Source of the DNA: Thiobacillaceae bacterium
GTDB lineage: Bacteria > Pseudomonadota > Gammaproteobacteria > Burkholderiales > Thiobacillaceae
DNA: 24,000 bases
Assembly: GCA_035635075.1 (NCBI GenBank)
Contig: DASQBT010000130.1
Span: 20,873 to 44,872, forward strand
Reading direction: 5' to 3'
Of the stretch, positions 16,629-24,000 are shown in pieces. Below the pieces are notes generated by a model. It was not told the DNA's origin. It saw nothing but the letters and a program-made list of their open reading frames with translations, and did not search any database. The first letter of the stretch is position 1. Every line of letters starts with the position of its first letter. A program made the translations under genes and the position numbers.

Positions 16629-17576
16629 ATGCTACATATAACCTTGCGCCAACTAAGAGTCTTTGAAGCTGTTGCACGGCACCTATCCTATTCCAAGGCG
16701 GCCAGAGAGCTTCATCTTACCCAGCCGGCTGTTTCCATGCAGGTGCGCAGTCTGGAGGAAAGCGTGGGCCTGCCCCTGACGGAGCAGTTGGGGAAGCGAA
16801 TATTCCTCACTGAAGCGGGCCGGGAAGTTTTCCACTATAGCCATAACATTGCCGGGCTGCTAACCGATATGGAAGCTGTCCTCACCGGCCTCAAAGGCCT
16901 GAAGCAGGGCAACTTGAAAATTGCCGTCGCATCCACCGCTAACTACTATTCCACGCAGCTGCTCACACGTTTTCGCGCGATTCACCCGACCATCACCATT
17001 AATCTGGATGTGACCAATCGACAGTCCATCATTGCCCAGCTGGTCGCGAATCAAATCGACCTGGCCATCATGGGCCTCCCGCCCGAGGGCCTGGGCCTGC
17101 AGACGGAATCCTTTATGGAGAATCCCCTGGTGATGATTGCGCCGCCGACTCATCGCCTCGCCGGAAAGAAAGCGATCCCGTTGGGGGATCTGGCGCAAGA
17201 AAGCTTTGTAGTGCGGGAAGAAGGCTCTGGAACACGCGGCGCCATGGAGCGCTTCTTTCGCGAGCACGGTCTAAGTCCTCGCCTGGAATTGGTAATGAGC
17301 ACGAACGAGGCCATCAAGGAAGCTGTACAGGCCGGCATGGGGCTCGCGGTGGTGTCAATGCACACCGTATTACTGGAGTTGGAAACCTCCCGCCTGGTCG
17401 TCCTTCCGGTTGAGCACTTTCCTATCATTCGTCACTGGTATGTGGTGCAACGAGAAGGCAAACACTTGTCCGCGGTGGCGCAGGCATTCAAGGAATTCTT
17501 GCTTACGCATCCCTTGCCGCTCGCCAGCCTTCGGACCAAGTGGAAGCCTCCTCCAGAAGAGCCGGGTTTGGTTTGA
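16629..17576 (+). CDS. cbbR: LysR-family transcriptional activator of the cbb operon, CbbR
   Basis: Divergent from cbbL. HTH LRQLRVFEAVARHLSYSKAARELHLTQPAVSMQVRSLEE. Full-length LysR substrate-binding domain. Confidence 0.9.
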   Translation: MLHITLRQLRVFEAVARHLSYSKAARELHLTQPAVSMQVRSLEESVGLPLTEQLGKRIFLTEAGREVFHYSHNIAGLLTDMEAVLTGLKGLKQGNLKIAVASTANYYSTQLLTRFRAIHPTITINLDVTNRQSIIAQLVANQIDLAIMGLPPEGLGLQTESFMENPLVMIAPPTHRLAGKKAIPLGDLAQESFVVREEGSGTRGAMERFFREHGLSPRLELVMSTNEAIKEAVQAGMGLAVVSMHTVLLELETSRLVVLPVEHFPIIRHWYVVQREGKHLSAVAQAFKEFLLTHPLPLASLRTKWKPPPEEPGLV

Positions 17577-17957
17577 TTCCTCGGCCTTGCACTCAGGACC
17601 AAGTCGAGAAACGCCAGGGTAGAACCTGAGTCCGGGCCGAAAGTGATGGATGCAAATGCCCGCGCTCCTTCAAGCATACGTGTTTCCTGAGCAGGCCATC
17701 GCTGCAGCACTTTCCTTGACCATTCCGGCTTGTCCCCAATAGAATAGCTGCCATCGGGGTGCCAACCCCCGGTTCAAAAAAAGACGGTGTCTCGTCCAAG
17801 TTTGGCATCAGGGCGCTGCAAGATAACTCGGCAGCCTCTACTCCGTTCATTGAGCTCGGGATCCCTATGCGTATGCGTTGCAGTTCCTGTGCGCCCTGAG
17901 CTGCGTAGCAAGCTCGCCTTGCGCGTTTCATCACCCTGTTTAGCTGTCTGATCAAAC

Positions 17958-19349
17958 TTGGAGATAAACTTGGACACCGCAATTCAAACGCCGACCGCGC
18001 TTGTCGCTCTGGACCGCACACCAGCAACACCCCCCGCCCCCGTTTCTTTGGGTACTGCTTTCAAATACTGGCTCAAGCTCGGCTTTATCAGCTTCGGCGG
18101 GCCAGCCGGGCAAATCGCCATAATGCATCAGGAACTGGTGGAGAAACGCCGCTGGATTTCCGAGCACCGTTATCTGCATGCGCTCAACTACTGCATGCTA
18201 TTGCCAGGGCCCGAGGCAACCCAACTGGCTATCTACATCGCATGGCTGATGCATGGGGTGCGCGGTGGCATCATCGCCGGCGTACTGTTTTTTCTGCCGT
18301 CGTTCTTCCTATTGTCGCTCCTGGCCGGGGTGTATCTCACTTTTGGCGATGTTTCCGCAGTGCAGGGAATTTTTTATGGCATTAGGCCCGCGGTAGTGGC
18401 CATCGTGCTGTTCGCAGCCTGGCGCATCGGTAGCCGGGCGCTAAGGAACAAAGTGCTGTGGGGCATCGCGGCCCTGGCTTTCGTCGGCATTTTTTGGTTC
18501 CACATCGGCTTTCCCTGGATCGTGCTTTCGGCCGGGATTTTGGGTGCCATCGGCGGTAAACTGGCGCCGCAAAAATTCAAGGGCGCTGGCGGACATGGCG
18601 CCAGCAACAAGGCATACGGCCCGGCCATACTCGACGACCATACACCTACACCCACGCACGCCCGATTCACCTGGGCCAGGCTGGCCGTTGCCATCGTCGC
18701 GTTTGTCCTGATCTGGACAGCGAGCATTCTCGCCATCGGCGGTGAGCCAACACTTGCCAGCATGGGCGCATTCTTTACCCGTGCTGCGTTTCTCACCATT
18801 GGCGGCGCCTATGCCGTGCTGCCCTATGTCTATCAGGGTGGGGTGGAGCATTTTGGCTGGCTGACCGGTCCCCAGATGATGGATGGCCTGGCACTGGGGG
18901 AGACCACGCCGGGACCGCTCATCATGGTAGTAACGTGGATCGGCTATCTCGGCGGGGTGACCAAGGAGGTTTACGCCAATCCCGTCGCCGCGGGCTTGGC
19001 GGGAGCGGCAGTGGCGACGTTCTTCACCTTCCTGCCCTCATTTCTGTTCATTCTGGCGGGCGGGCCGCTCGTCGAAGCGAGCCGCGGCGAATTGAAGGTA
19101 ACCGCGCCGCTTACCGGCATTACTGCCGCCGTGGTCGGGGTAATCTTCAACCTCGCGGTGTTCTTCGCCTGGCATGCATTCTGGCCACATGCTGGTGCTG
19201 ACTCCCCCTTTGCGGGTGTATTCGAGTGGTTCCCGGTCATCATCGCCCTGGCCAGCTTCCTCGCCCTGTGGAGGTACAAAGCCGACATCATGAAAGTGAT
19301 CGGCGTTTGCGCCCTGCTGGGACTGGCGCACTCTTTGGTTAGTGGTTGA
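17958..19349 (+). CDS. chrA: Chromate ion transporter ChrA (CHR family, long two-domain type)
   Basis: CHR motif LGFISFGGPAGQIAIMHQELVEKRRWISE in the first half, with a repeat in the second half (AFLTIGGAYAVLPYVYQ). About 12 hydrophobic segments. The start is uncertain: TTG at 17958, and no in-frame ATG before the conserved region. Confidence 0.85.
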   Translation: MEINLDTAIQTPTALVALDRTPATPPAPVSLGTAFKYWLKLGFISFGGPAGQIAIMHQELVEKRRWISEHRYLHALNYCMLLPGPEATQLAIYIAWLMHGVRGGIIAGVLFFLPSFFLLSLLAGVYLTFGDVSAVQGIFYGIRPAVVAIVLFAAWRIGSRALRNKVLWGIAALAFVGIFWFHIGFPWIVLSAGILGAIGGKLAPQKFKGAGGHGASNKAYGPAILDDHTPTPTHARFTWARLAVAIVAFVLIWTASILAIGGEPTLASMGAFFTRAAFLTIGGAYAVLPYVYQGGVEHFGWLTGPQMMDGLALGETTPGPLIMVVTWIGYLGGVTKEVYANPVAAGLAGAAVATFFTFLPSFLFILAGGPLVEASRGELKVTAPLTGITAAVVGVIFNLAVFFAWHAFWPHAGADSPFAGVFEWFPVIIALASFLALWRYKADIMKVIGVCALLGLAHSLVSG

Positions 19350-19387
19350 GCCAAGAGTATGCCGTTGAGTACTTTGAAGAGTCTGAG

Positions 19388-19582
19388 ATGGAACGTACCG
19401 TCAAATCGGTAAAGCCGAACCTGAGCAACGCACCCATCCTTGTAGTGCGGCGTGAAGTGGACCATGCGGCGTCCACCATTCCCGGAAGCTCGTGGGAGAA
19501 CCCGGAGAAGATCGGCGAATGGATTACTGAAAGGGTGATCGAAGCCTGGAAGGCGGCCGGTGGAAGGCTGGCGGCAAGATGA
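19388..19582 (+). CDS. Hypothetical small protein (64 aa from ATG 19388; 78 aa if TTG 19346 is used), coupled to the ChrB C-domain gene
   Basis: The frame is open from TTG 19346, which overlaps the chrA stop at 19347..19349. The first ATG is at 19388 (MERTVKSVKPNL). The stop overlaps the next start in ATGA (19579..19582). I do not recognise the family. Confidence 0.45.
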   Translation: MERTVKSVKPNLSNAPILVVRREVDHAASTIPGSSWENPEKIGEWITERVIEAWKAAGGRLAAR

Positions 19583-20007
19583 AGTGGGTGACCCGCGAGC
19601 GCCCAAAGATTGACCGCATCGCCTGCCCCTGGCTGGTTGCGCGCTTCATTGATCCCCATGCCGAGTTTCTCTACGTGCCCGCGCCCGAGGTGCTGAAAGT
19701 GGCAAGGGAAACCGGCGCGATCCCCTATGATGTTGCCGGCGTCGAATTAACGCACGACGGCGCGTTGTGCAGCTTTGACGCATTTCTGAAGAAGTACCAA
19801 CTGAACGATCAGGCTTTGCTGGACCTTGCGGTCATCGTACGGGGTGCGGATACCGACCGTCTTGATCTTGCGCCACAATGCGCGGGCCTTTTGGCAATTT
19901 CTCTTGGACTCTCGCGCCAGTTCCGGAGTGACCACGAGTGCCTTGCCCATGGGATGGTGATCTATGATGCCCTCTATGCATGGTGCCGCCATGCAGGGGG
20001 AGAATGA
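19579..20007 (+). CDS. Chromate resistance protein, ChrB C-terminal (Chrome_Resist) domain only
   Basis: The N-terminal signature WVTRERPKIDRIACPWLVARFIDPHAEFLYV is typical of the ChrB C-terminal domain family. At 142 aa it lacks the ChrB N-terminal domain. Confidence 0.8.
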   Translation: MKWVTRERPKIDRIACPWLVARFIDPHAEFLYVPAPEVLKVARETGAIPYDVAGVELTHDGALCSFDAFLKKYQLNDQALLDLAVIVRGADTDRLDLAPQCAGLLAISLGLSRQFRSDHECLAHGMVIYDALYAWCRHAGGE

Positions 20008-20144
20008 CACGGCTGGATGCGCTGACTGGAGTTTGAAGGGAAGCAGTTGGCTGGGACGTGTCGTCCCCTTGTGGGACGTCTCGGCCCGCGTTATTGGCCA
20101 CGCATTGCCGCCACCCACACTGACATGCAGCCGACGGCAGGGCC

Positions 20145-21383
20145 ATGAACGATCGTAGCCGCCTTATTGCCGCCGCGTTTGTGCGGGCCGTGGCCACCGG
20201 CCTCATTGGCGTGCTGTTGGGGTTGCATTTGGCCCGGCGCGGCTTGACCGTCGGCGACGTCGGGCTGGTGATCGCTGCGGGCCTGGCCGGTGCAGCCGGG
20301 GCGGCGCTGATCGCTACTCTGGCAGGCGACCGTATCGGCCGACGCCGACTGCTCACCATTCTGGCACTGGCCTGCGCCGCTGGCGGTGCGGCACTGGCCT
20401 TCGCCGAAAGCCTGCTAGTGCTGTTGGGGATTGCCTTTCTGGGCATGGTTAATGGCCAAGGGCGGGACCGGGGCGCCTCGCTGGTCCTCGAACAGGCGGC
20501 ATTGCCAGCAACGGTGAGCGACGCCGATCGCACCCGGACGTTCGCTTGGTACAACGTGATGCAGGACGTGGGCCACGGCCTGGGCGGTCTATTGGCACTG
20601 CTTCCGGAACTGCTGCGCAGCTTGACGGGGCTGGATGTCGGGGCATCCCTGCAGGCCGCCGTGCTGCTCTATGGTGCGCTGCAGTTCTTCTCTGTCCTGT
20701 TCTACCAGGGGTTGTCGGCGCGGGTGGAGTCCCCCACGGAAACGGAACACGTTTCGCTGGCGCCGGATAGCCGGCGCACACTGTGGCGCATCTCCCTTCT
20801 GTTTGGGCTGGACAGCCTCGCCGGCGGCTTTCTTGGTGCGGCGCTGCTCGCCCTATTTTTTTACCAGCGCTTCGGCGTTGCGGAATCGACCTTGGCTTTG
20901 CTGTTCGTTGGCGCCCGCATTCTCAATGCAATTTCGCATTTGGGCGCGGCGTTGCTGGCCAAGCGCATCGGGTTGGTGAACACCATGGTGTTCACCCATA
21001 TCCCGTCGAGCTTGCTGCTGGCGACCGTGGCCTTCGCACCGAGTTTTCCGGTTGCCGCTATCCTGTTCCTGCTGCGCGAGGGGTTGGTTGAGATGGACGT
21101 GCCCACGCGCCAGTCGTACGTGATGGCAATGGTGCGTCCGCAAGAGCGCGTGTTTGCGTCAGGAGTGACGCATCTGGTACGCCTCGGGGGCTGGGCGGCT
21201 GGACCCGCCTTTGCCGGCCTGCTGATGCAACTGGTAGCCGTCGGCTCGCCCCTGGTTGCCGGAGCGGCCATGAAGATCATCTATGATTTGCTGCTGTGGC
21301 GCGCCTTTCGTCACATCCGCCCGCCCGAGGAGCGAGGCGCTCCCCGTGTTTCCGCCGTTGCACCAAGGGACACACAACCGTAA
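20145..21383 (+). CDS. MFS transporter, substrate unknown
   Basis: 412 aa with about 12 hydrophobic segments. An MFS loop-2/3-like motif is present (LAGDRIGRRRLL). Confidence 0.8.
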   Translation: MNDRSRLIAAAFVRAVATGLIGVLLGLHLARRGLTVGDVGLVIAAGLAGAAGAALIATLAGDRIGRRRLLTILALACAAGGAALAFAESLLVLLGIAFLGMVNGQGRDRGASLVLEQAALPATVSDADRTRTFAWYNVMQDVGHGLGGLLALLPELLRSLTGLDVGASLQAAVLLYGALQFFSVLFYQGLSARVESPTETEHVSLAPDSRRTLWRISLLFGLDSLAGGFLGAALLALFFYQRFGVAESTLALLFVGARILNAISHLGAALLAKRIGLVNTMVFTHIPSSLLLATVAFAPSFPVAAILFLLREGLVEMDVPTRQSYVMAMVRPQERVFASGVTHLVRLGGWAAGPAFAGLLMQLVAVGSPLVAGAAMKIIYDLLLWRAFRHIRPPEERGAPRVSAVAPRDTQP

Positions 21384-21638
21384 GTCTGGCTGTGCGCGAA
21401 CACACCGTGACGTCCGCATCGCCCGTCCCGGGCGGATTCGCGACCACTGCGCTCCCCGTGCTGCGCCATGATTTGCGGGCGACTGGTGGGCGGCTGGCAA
21501 TGTTGTTTTGACTGGCGCACAATTTAGCGACGCGACCGTGCGCTGCCCACGCAACGGATGGTCAAGTAGCCCTGCGTGCCTGGACGAACTATTCGCAGAG
21601 CGAAACCCGCCACCCAAGGTGTGACGAAAGGAAGCCCG

Positions 21639-21926
21639 ATGAAATACTTGATCGTTCTCATGACCCTGTGCGTGAGCGTATCTGCCTACGCTTTTCCCTG
21701 GTTCGCCTCCGGCGACGGTATCCGCGGCGCCCAACTGATGACCCCGGAGGAACGTCAGGCGCATGTTGCCCGGCTGCAGAACATGAGAACCCTTCCCGAA
21801 TGCGAGTCCTATTGGGCCGCACATAATCACGACATCGACGCGCGAGCGAAGAAACAGAATGTGCAACTGCCGCCGGTACAAGGTGATCCCTGCCAGATCA
21901 TGGTTATGTTTGGGCGCATCAAGTAG
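21639..21926 (+). CDS. Small secreted/periplasmic protein (95 aa), unknown family
   Basis: ORF track starts at 21576. I use ATG 21639, with AAGGAAG 4 nt upstream. Signal peptide MKYLIVLMTLCVSVSAYA|FPW. The mature part has two Cys (PECESY, DPCQIM). Confidence 0.6.
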   Translation: MKYLIVLMTLCVSVSAYAFPWFASGDGIRGAQLMTPEERQAHVARLQNMRTLPECESYWAAHNHDIDARAKKQNVQLPPVQGDPCQIMVMFGRIK

Positions 21927-21930
21927 TTTG

Positions 21931-22308
21931 TCAAAAGCCGAGATGCGACCCTTTCAGGGCGGGATCAGTTGCCGCGGAACATGAAATACGCTGCCCCCAC
22001 CAGGCATAGCCCGCCCATAGATAATCCCACTTCAGCGACTGATTCATGTAATACACCGCAAAGGGCATGAACACGCCCAGGGTGATCACTTCCTGCATCA
22101 CCTTGAGCTGGGGCAAGGAAAGCACCTTGAATCCAAATCGGTTGGCCGGCACCTGAAGGGCATATTCAAAAAAAGCGATGCCCCAGCTTACAAAAATGGC
22201 CAGCCACAAGGGCTTGCTGCCGAGGTTCTTCAGATGCGCATACCAGGCAAACGTCATGAAGATATTGGAGGCGGTCAGCAGCAGGATGGTTTGCAGGGTG
22301 ACGGGCAT
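21931..22308 (-). CDS. DUF486 / DMT-superfamily small membrane protein with an apparent 1-nt frameshift near codon 100
   Basis: From ATG 22308: MPVTLQTILLLTASNIFMTFAWYAHLK...GIAFFEYALQVPANR...LKWDYLWAG matches my recollection of DUF486 proteins. After that point the annotated frame becomes hydrophilic (YAWWGQRISCSAATDP...). The adjacent frame instead reads LCLVGAAYFMFRGN-stop (stop at 21967..21965), which is the expected last TM segment. Confidence 0.7.
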   Translation of the reverse strand: MPVTLQTILLLTASNIFMTFAWYAHLKNLGSKPLWLAIFVSWGIAFFEYALQVPANRFGFKVLSLPQLKVMQEVITLGVFMPFAVYYMNQSLKWDYLWAGYAWWGQRISCSAATDPALKGSHLGF

Positions 22309-22370
22309 GATAGTTTCGACGGTGAGGGGACAAGGTAAAATTATGCCTTTCGTGTCCTCAAGGTGCAGAC

Positions 22371-22865
22371 ATGATCCGGCCACTTGTCGGCGTTGTTATG
22401 GGTTCATCCAGCGACTGGGAAGTCATGCAACATGCGGTTGCCCAGCTCAAGTCCTTCGGCGTACCCTATGAAGCGCAAGTGGTGTCGGCTCACCGCACCC
22501 CCGACCTTCTCTATGAATACGCCAGCCAGGCAGAAGCCCGCGGCCTGAAGGCGATAATTGCCGGAGCGGGCGGAGCGGCGCACCTGCCAGGCATGCTGGC
22601 GGCCAAGACGGCACTGCCGGTGCTGGGCGTGCCGGTGCCTACCAAATACCTCAAGGGACAGGACTCGCTGTTATCCATCGTGCAAATGCCCAAGGGCATA
22701 CCGGTAGCCACCTTTGCCATCGGCGAGGCAGGCGCTGCCAACGCCGCGCTGTTTGTGATCGCCATGTTGGCCTCACATGATGGGGGTTTGGCCGAACAGT
22801 TGCGGGAGTTTCGCCAGGGCCAGACCGATTTCGCGCTCAACATGATCCTGCCGGATGTCGAGTAA
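22371..22865 (+). CDS. purE: N5-carboxyaminoimidazole ribonucleotide mutase PurE
   Basis: [23 protein letters not shown] and [10 protein letters not shown] motifs. 164 aa. Confidence 0.95.
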   Translation: MIRPLVGVVMGSSSDWEVMQHAVAQLKSFGVPYEAQVVSAHRTPDLLYEYASQAEARGLKAIIAGAGGAAHLPGMLAAKTALPVLGVPVPTKYLKGQDSLLSIVQMPKGIPVATFAIGEAGAANAALFVIAMLASHDGGLAEQLREFRQGQTDFALNMILPDVE

Positions 22866-24000
22866 GCCCATACTGCCCGGCGCCATGCTGGGCATCCTGG
22901 GCGGCGGCCAGCTGGGTCGCATGTTTACCATCGCCGCCCGCACCATGGGTTACCAGGTGATGGTCCTCGACCCCGATTCGCAGAGCCCTGCCGGGAAGAT
23001 GGCCGACACGCATTTGCAGGCTGACTACGACGATCACGGTGCGTTGAAGAATATGGGTGCGGCCTGCGCTGCGGTCACGACCGAATTCGAGAACGTGCCC
23101 GCTTCAAGCCTGATTGAGCTTTCACGCTATTGCCGCGTGGCGCCCAATGCAGATGCGGTCGCCATCGTGCAGGACCGCAGCCGGGAAAAGTCCTGGCTCA
23201 GGGACAACGGTTTCGTCACCGCGCCCTTTGCCTTGATTGACGGTGCCGACGAACTGAAGGACGCGGCGGCGGAGATTGGATTCCCAGCCATCCTCAAGGT
23301 GAGCCGTTTTGGCTACGACGGAAAGGGCCAGTTCCAGGTGGGCTCAATCGCAGAACTAAAAACCGCCTTTGCGGAATTGAAGGGTGTGGTCTGCGTGCTC
23401 GAAGGCCTGGTCAGACTCGACTGCGAAATATCTGTGGTGCTGGCCCGCAATGATGCCGGCGAGTGCGTCTGTTTCCCCGTTGGCGAGAACCGCCACCAGC
23501 ATGGCATACTGGATATGACCACTGTGCCGGCCCGCGTAAATGCGGAATTGAGTTCCCAGGCGCAGGATCAGGCACGGGCAGTGGCGGAAAAACTCGACTA
23601 TGTCGGTACCCTCGGAGTGGAGTTTTTTGTCTCAAACGGCGGGCTGCTGATCAACGAAATCGCCCCGCGCCCCCACAATTCCGGTCATTACACCCTGGAT
23701 GCCTGCGTCACGGACCAGTTCGAACAACAAGTGCGGGCACTGTGCGGGCTGCCGCTGGGCGATGCGAGGCTGCTGACCCCGGTGGTGATGGTGAATCTGC
23801 TCGGCGATGTCTGGCGCCCCGAGCCCGACTGGATGGCATTGCTCGTTCACCCGAACATCAGGCTGCATCTCTATGGCAAGACCGAGGCCCGCCCCGGCCG
23901 CAAAATGGGTCATTACAACTGCCTGGCCGCCAGTGTCGAAGAGGCCGAAAGCTTGGCGCGCGCCACCCGCGCAAGTCTTGGTATTTCGCCGCAATCCTGA
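22855..24000 (+). CDS. purK: N5-carboxyaminoimidazole ribonucleotide synthase PurK (ATP-grasp)
   Basis: [14 protein letters not shown]-grasp core ([18 protein letters not shown]) and [12 protein letters not shown]. Overlaps purE by 11 nt. The stop codon is at 23998..24000. Confidence 0.95.
   Translation: MSSKPILPGAMLGILGGGQLGRMFTIAARTMGYQVMVLDPDSQSPAGKMADTHLQADYDDHGALKNMGAACAAVTTEFENVPASSLIELSRYCRVAPNADAVAIVQDRSREKSWLRDNGFVTAPFALIDGADELKDAAAEIGFPAILKVSRFGYDGKGQFQVGSIAELKTAFAELKGVVCVLEGLVRLDCEISVVLARNDAGECVCFPVGENRHQHGILDMTTVPARVNAELSSQAQDQARAVAEKLDYVGTLGVEFFVSNGGLLINEIAPRPHNSGHYTLDACVTDQFEQQVRALCGLPLGDARLLTPVVMVNLLGDVWRPEPDWMALLVHPNIRLHLYGKTEARPGRKMGHYNCLAASVEEAESLARATRASLGISPQS

Noticed and set aside
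17755-17782. Hairpin plus A7/T7 run as a terminator
   Set aside because: On the plus strand the run after the stem is A, not T. On the minus strand the T-run precedes the stem. The orientation is therefore wrong for an intrinsic terminator on either strand.
17802-17819. Sigma-54-like TGGCAT...GC element upstream of chrA
   Set aside because: The GG and GC dinucleotides are not at the required 10-nt spacing, and there is no TTGC.
17593-18030. 145-aa and 67-aa minus-strand ORFs in the cbbR-chrA spacer (17593..18030 and 17774..17977)
   Set aside because: They use non-ATG starts, overlap the chrA start, have Arg/Ser/Cys-rich composition, and show no RBS or recognisable domain. I treat the region as non-coding, as described in the spacer finding.
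19964-20158. 64-aa plus-strand ORF bridging the ChrB_C gene and the MFS gene
   Set aside because: It overlaps the 3' end of the ChrB_C gene out of frame and runs into the MFS start. It has no RBS and no recognisable features.
21159-21881. 240-aa minus-strand ORF spanning the MFS 3' end and the small secreted protein gene
   Set aside because: It overlaps two better-supported plus-strand genes, and its sequence is low-complexity and Arg/Gly/His-rich.
1-24000. Searched for CRISPR arrays, tRNA/rRNA genes, IS elements or terminal inverted repeats, integrases, toxin-antitoxin pairs, defence systems and carboxysome (cso) genes
   Set aside because: I found no repeat-spacer periodicity, no tRNA-like T-arm motifs, no transposase or integrase ORFs, and no small paired ORFs with TA character. 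All large ORFs are accounted for by housekeeping or accessory functions.

Overview
Gene-dense, moderately GC-rich bacterial chromosome segment. Gene content suggests a chemolithoautotrophic proteobacterium, probably a betaproteobacterium; this is inference and I cannot name the species. The centrepiece is a non-carboxysomal form IA RuBisCO operon, cbbL-cbbS-cbbQ-cbbO, on the minus strand (16464 down to 11207), with a divergent cbbR (16629..17576). Left of it, mostly on the minus strand: a partial desaturase-like gene, an MscS-family channel, a FadL-family outer-membrane transporter, an acyl-CoA ligase, an RsmB/NOP-type RNA m5C methyltransferase, a 139-aa orphan, a gcvR-like/psiE/98-aa small-protein operon, a short paralog of that small protein, terC, htpX and an NhaR-like LysR regulator. 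Right of it: chrA, a coupled micro-ORF, a stand-alone ChrB C-domain protein, an MFS transporter, a small secreted protein, a DUF486-type membrane protein with an apparent frameshift, and purE-purK. I found no tRNA or rRNA genes, CRISPR arrays, transposases, integrases, phage genes or recognisable defence genes. I also see no convincing new multi-gene system. The items most worth follow-up are: (1) an unrecognised small-protein module present twice, each copy directly downstream of a stress-associated membrane-protein gene (psiE, terC); (2) a micro-ORF translationally coupled between chrA and a ChrB C-domain gene; (3) a 1-nt frameshift in the DUF486 gene; (4) structured intergenic RNA elements inside the cbb operon. 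Start codons were re-evaluated by hand and several differ from the ORF track. Coordinates include stop codons.
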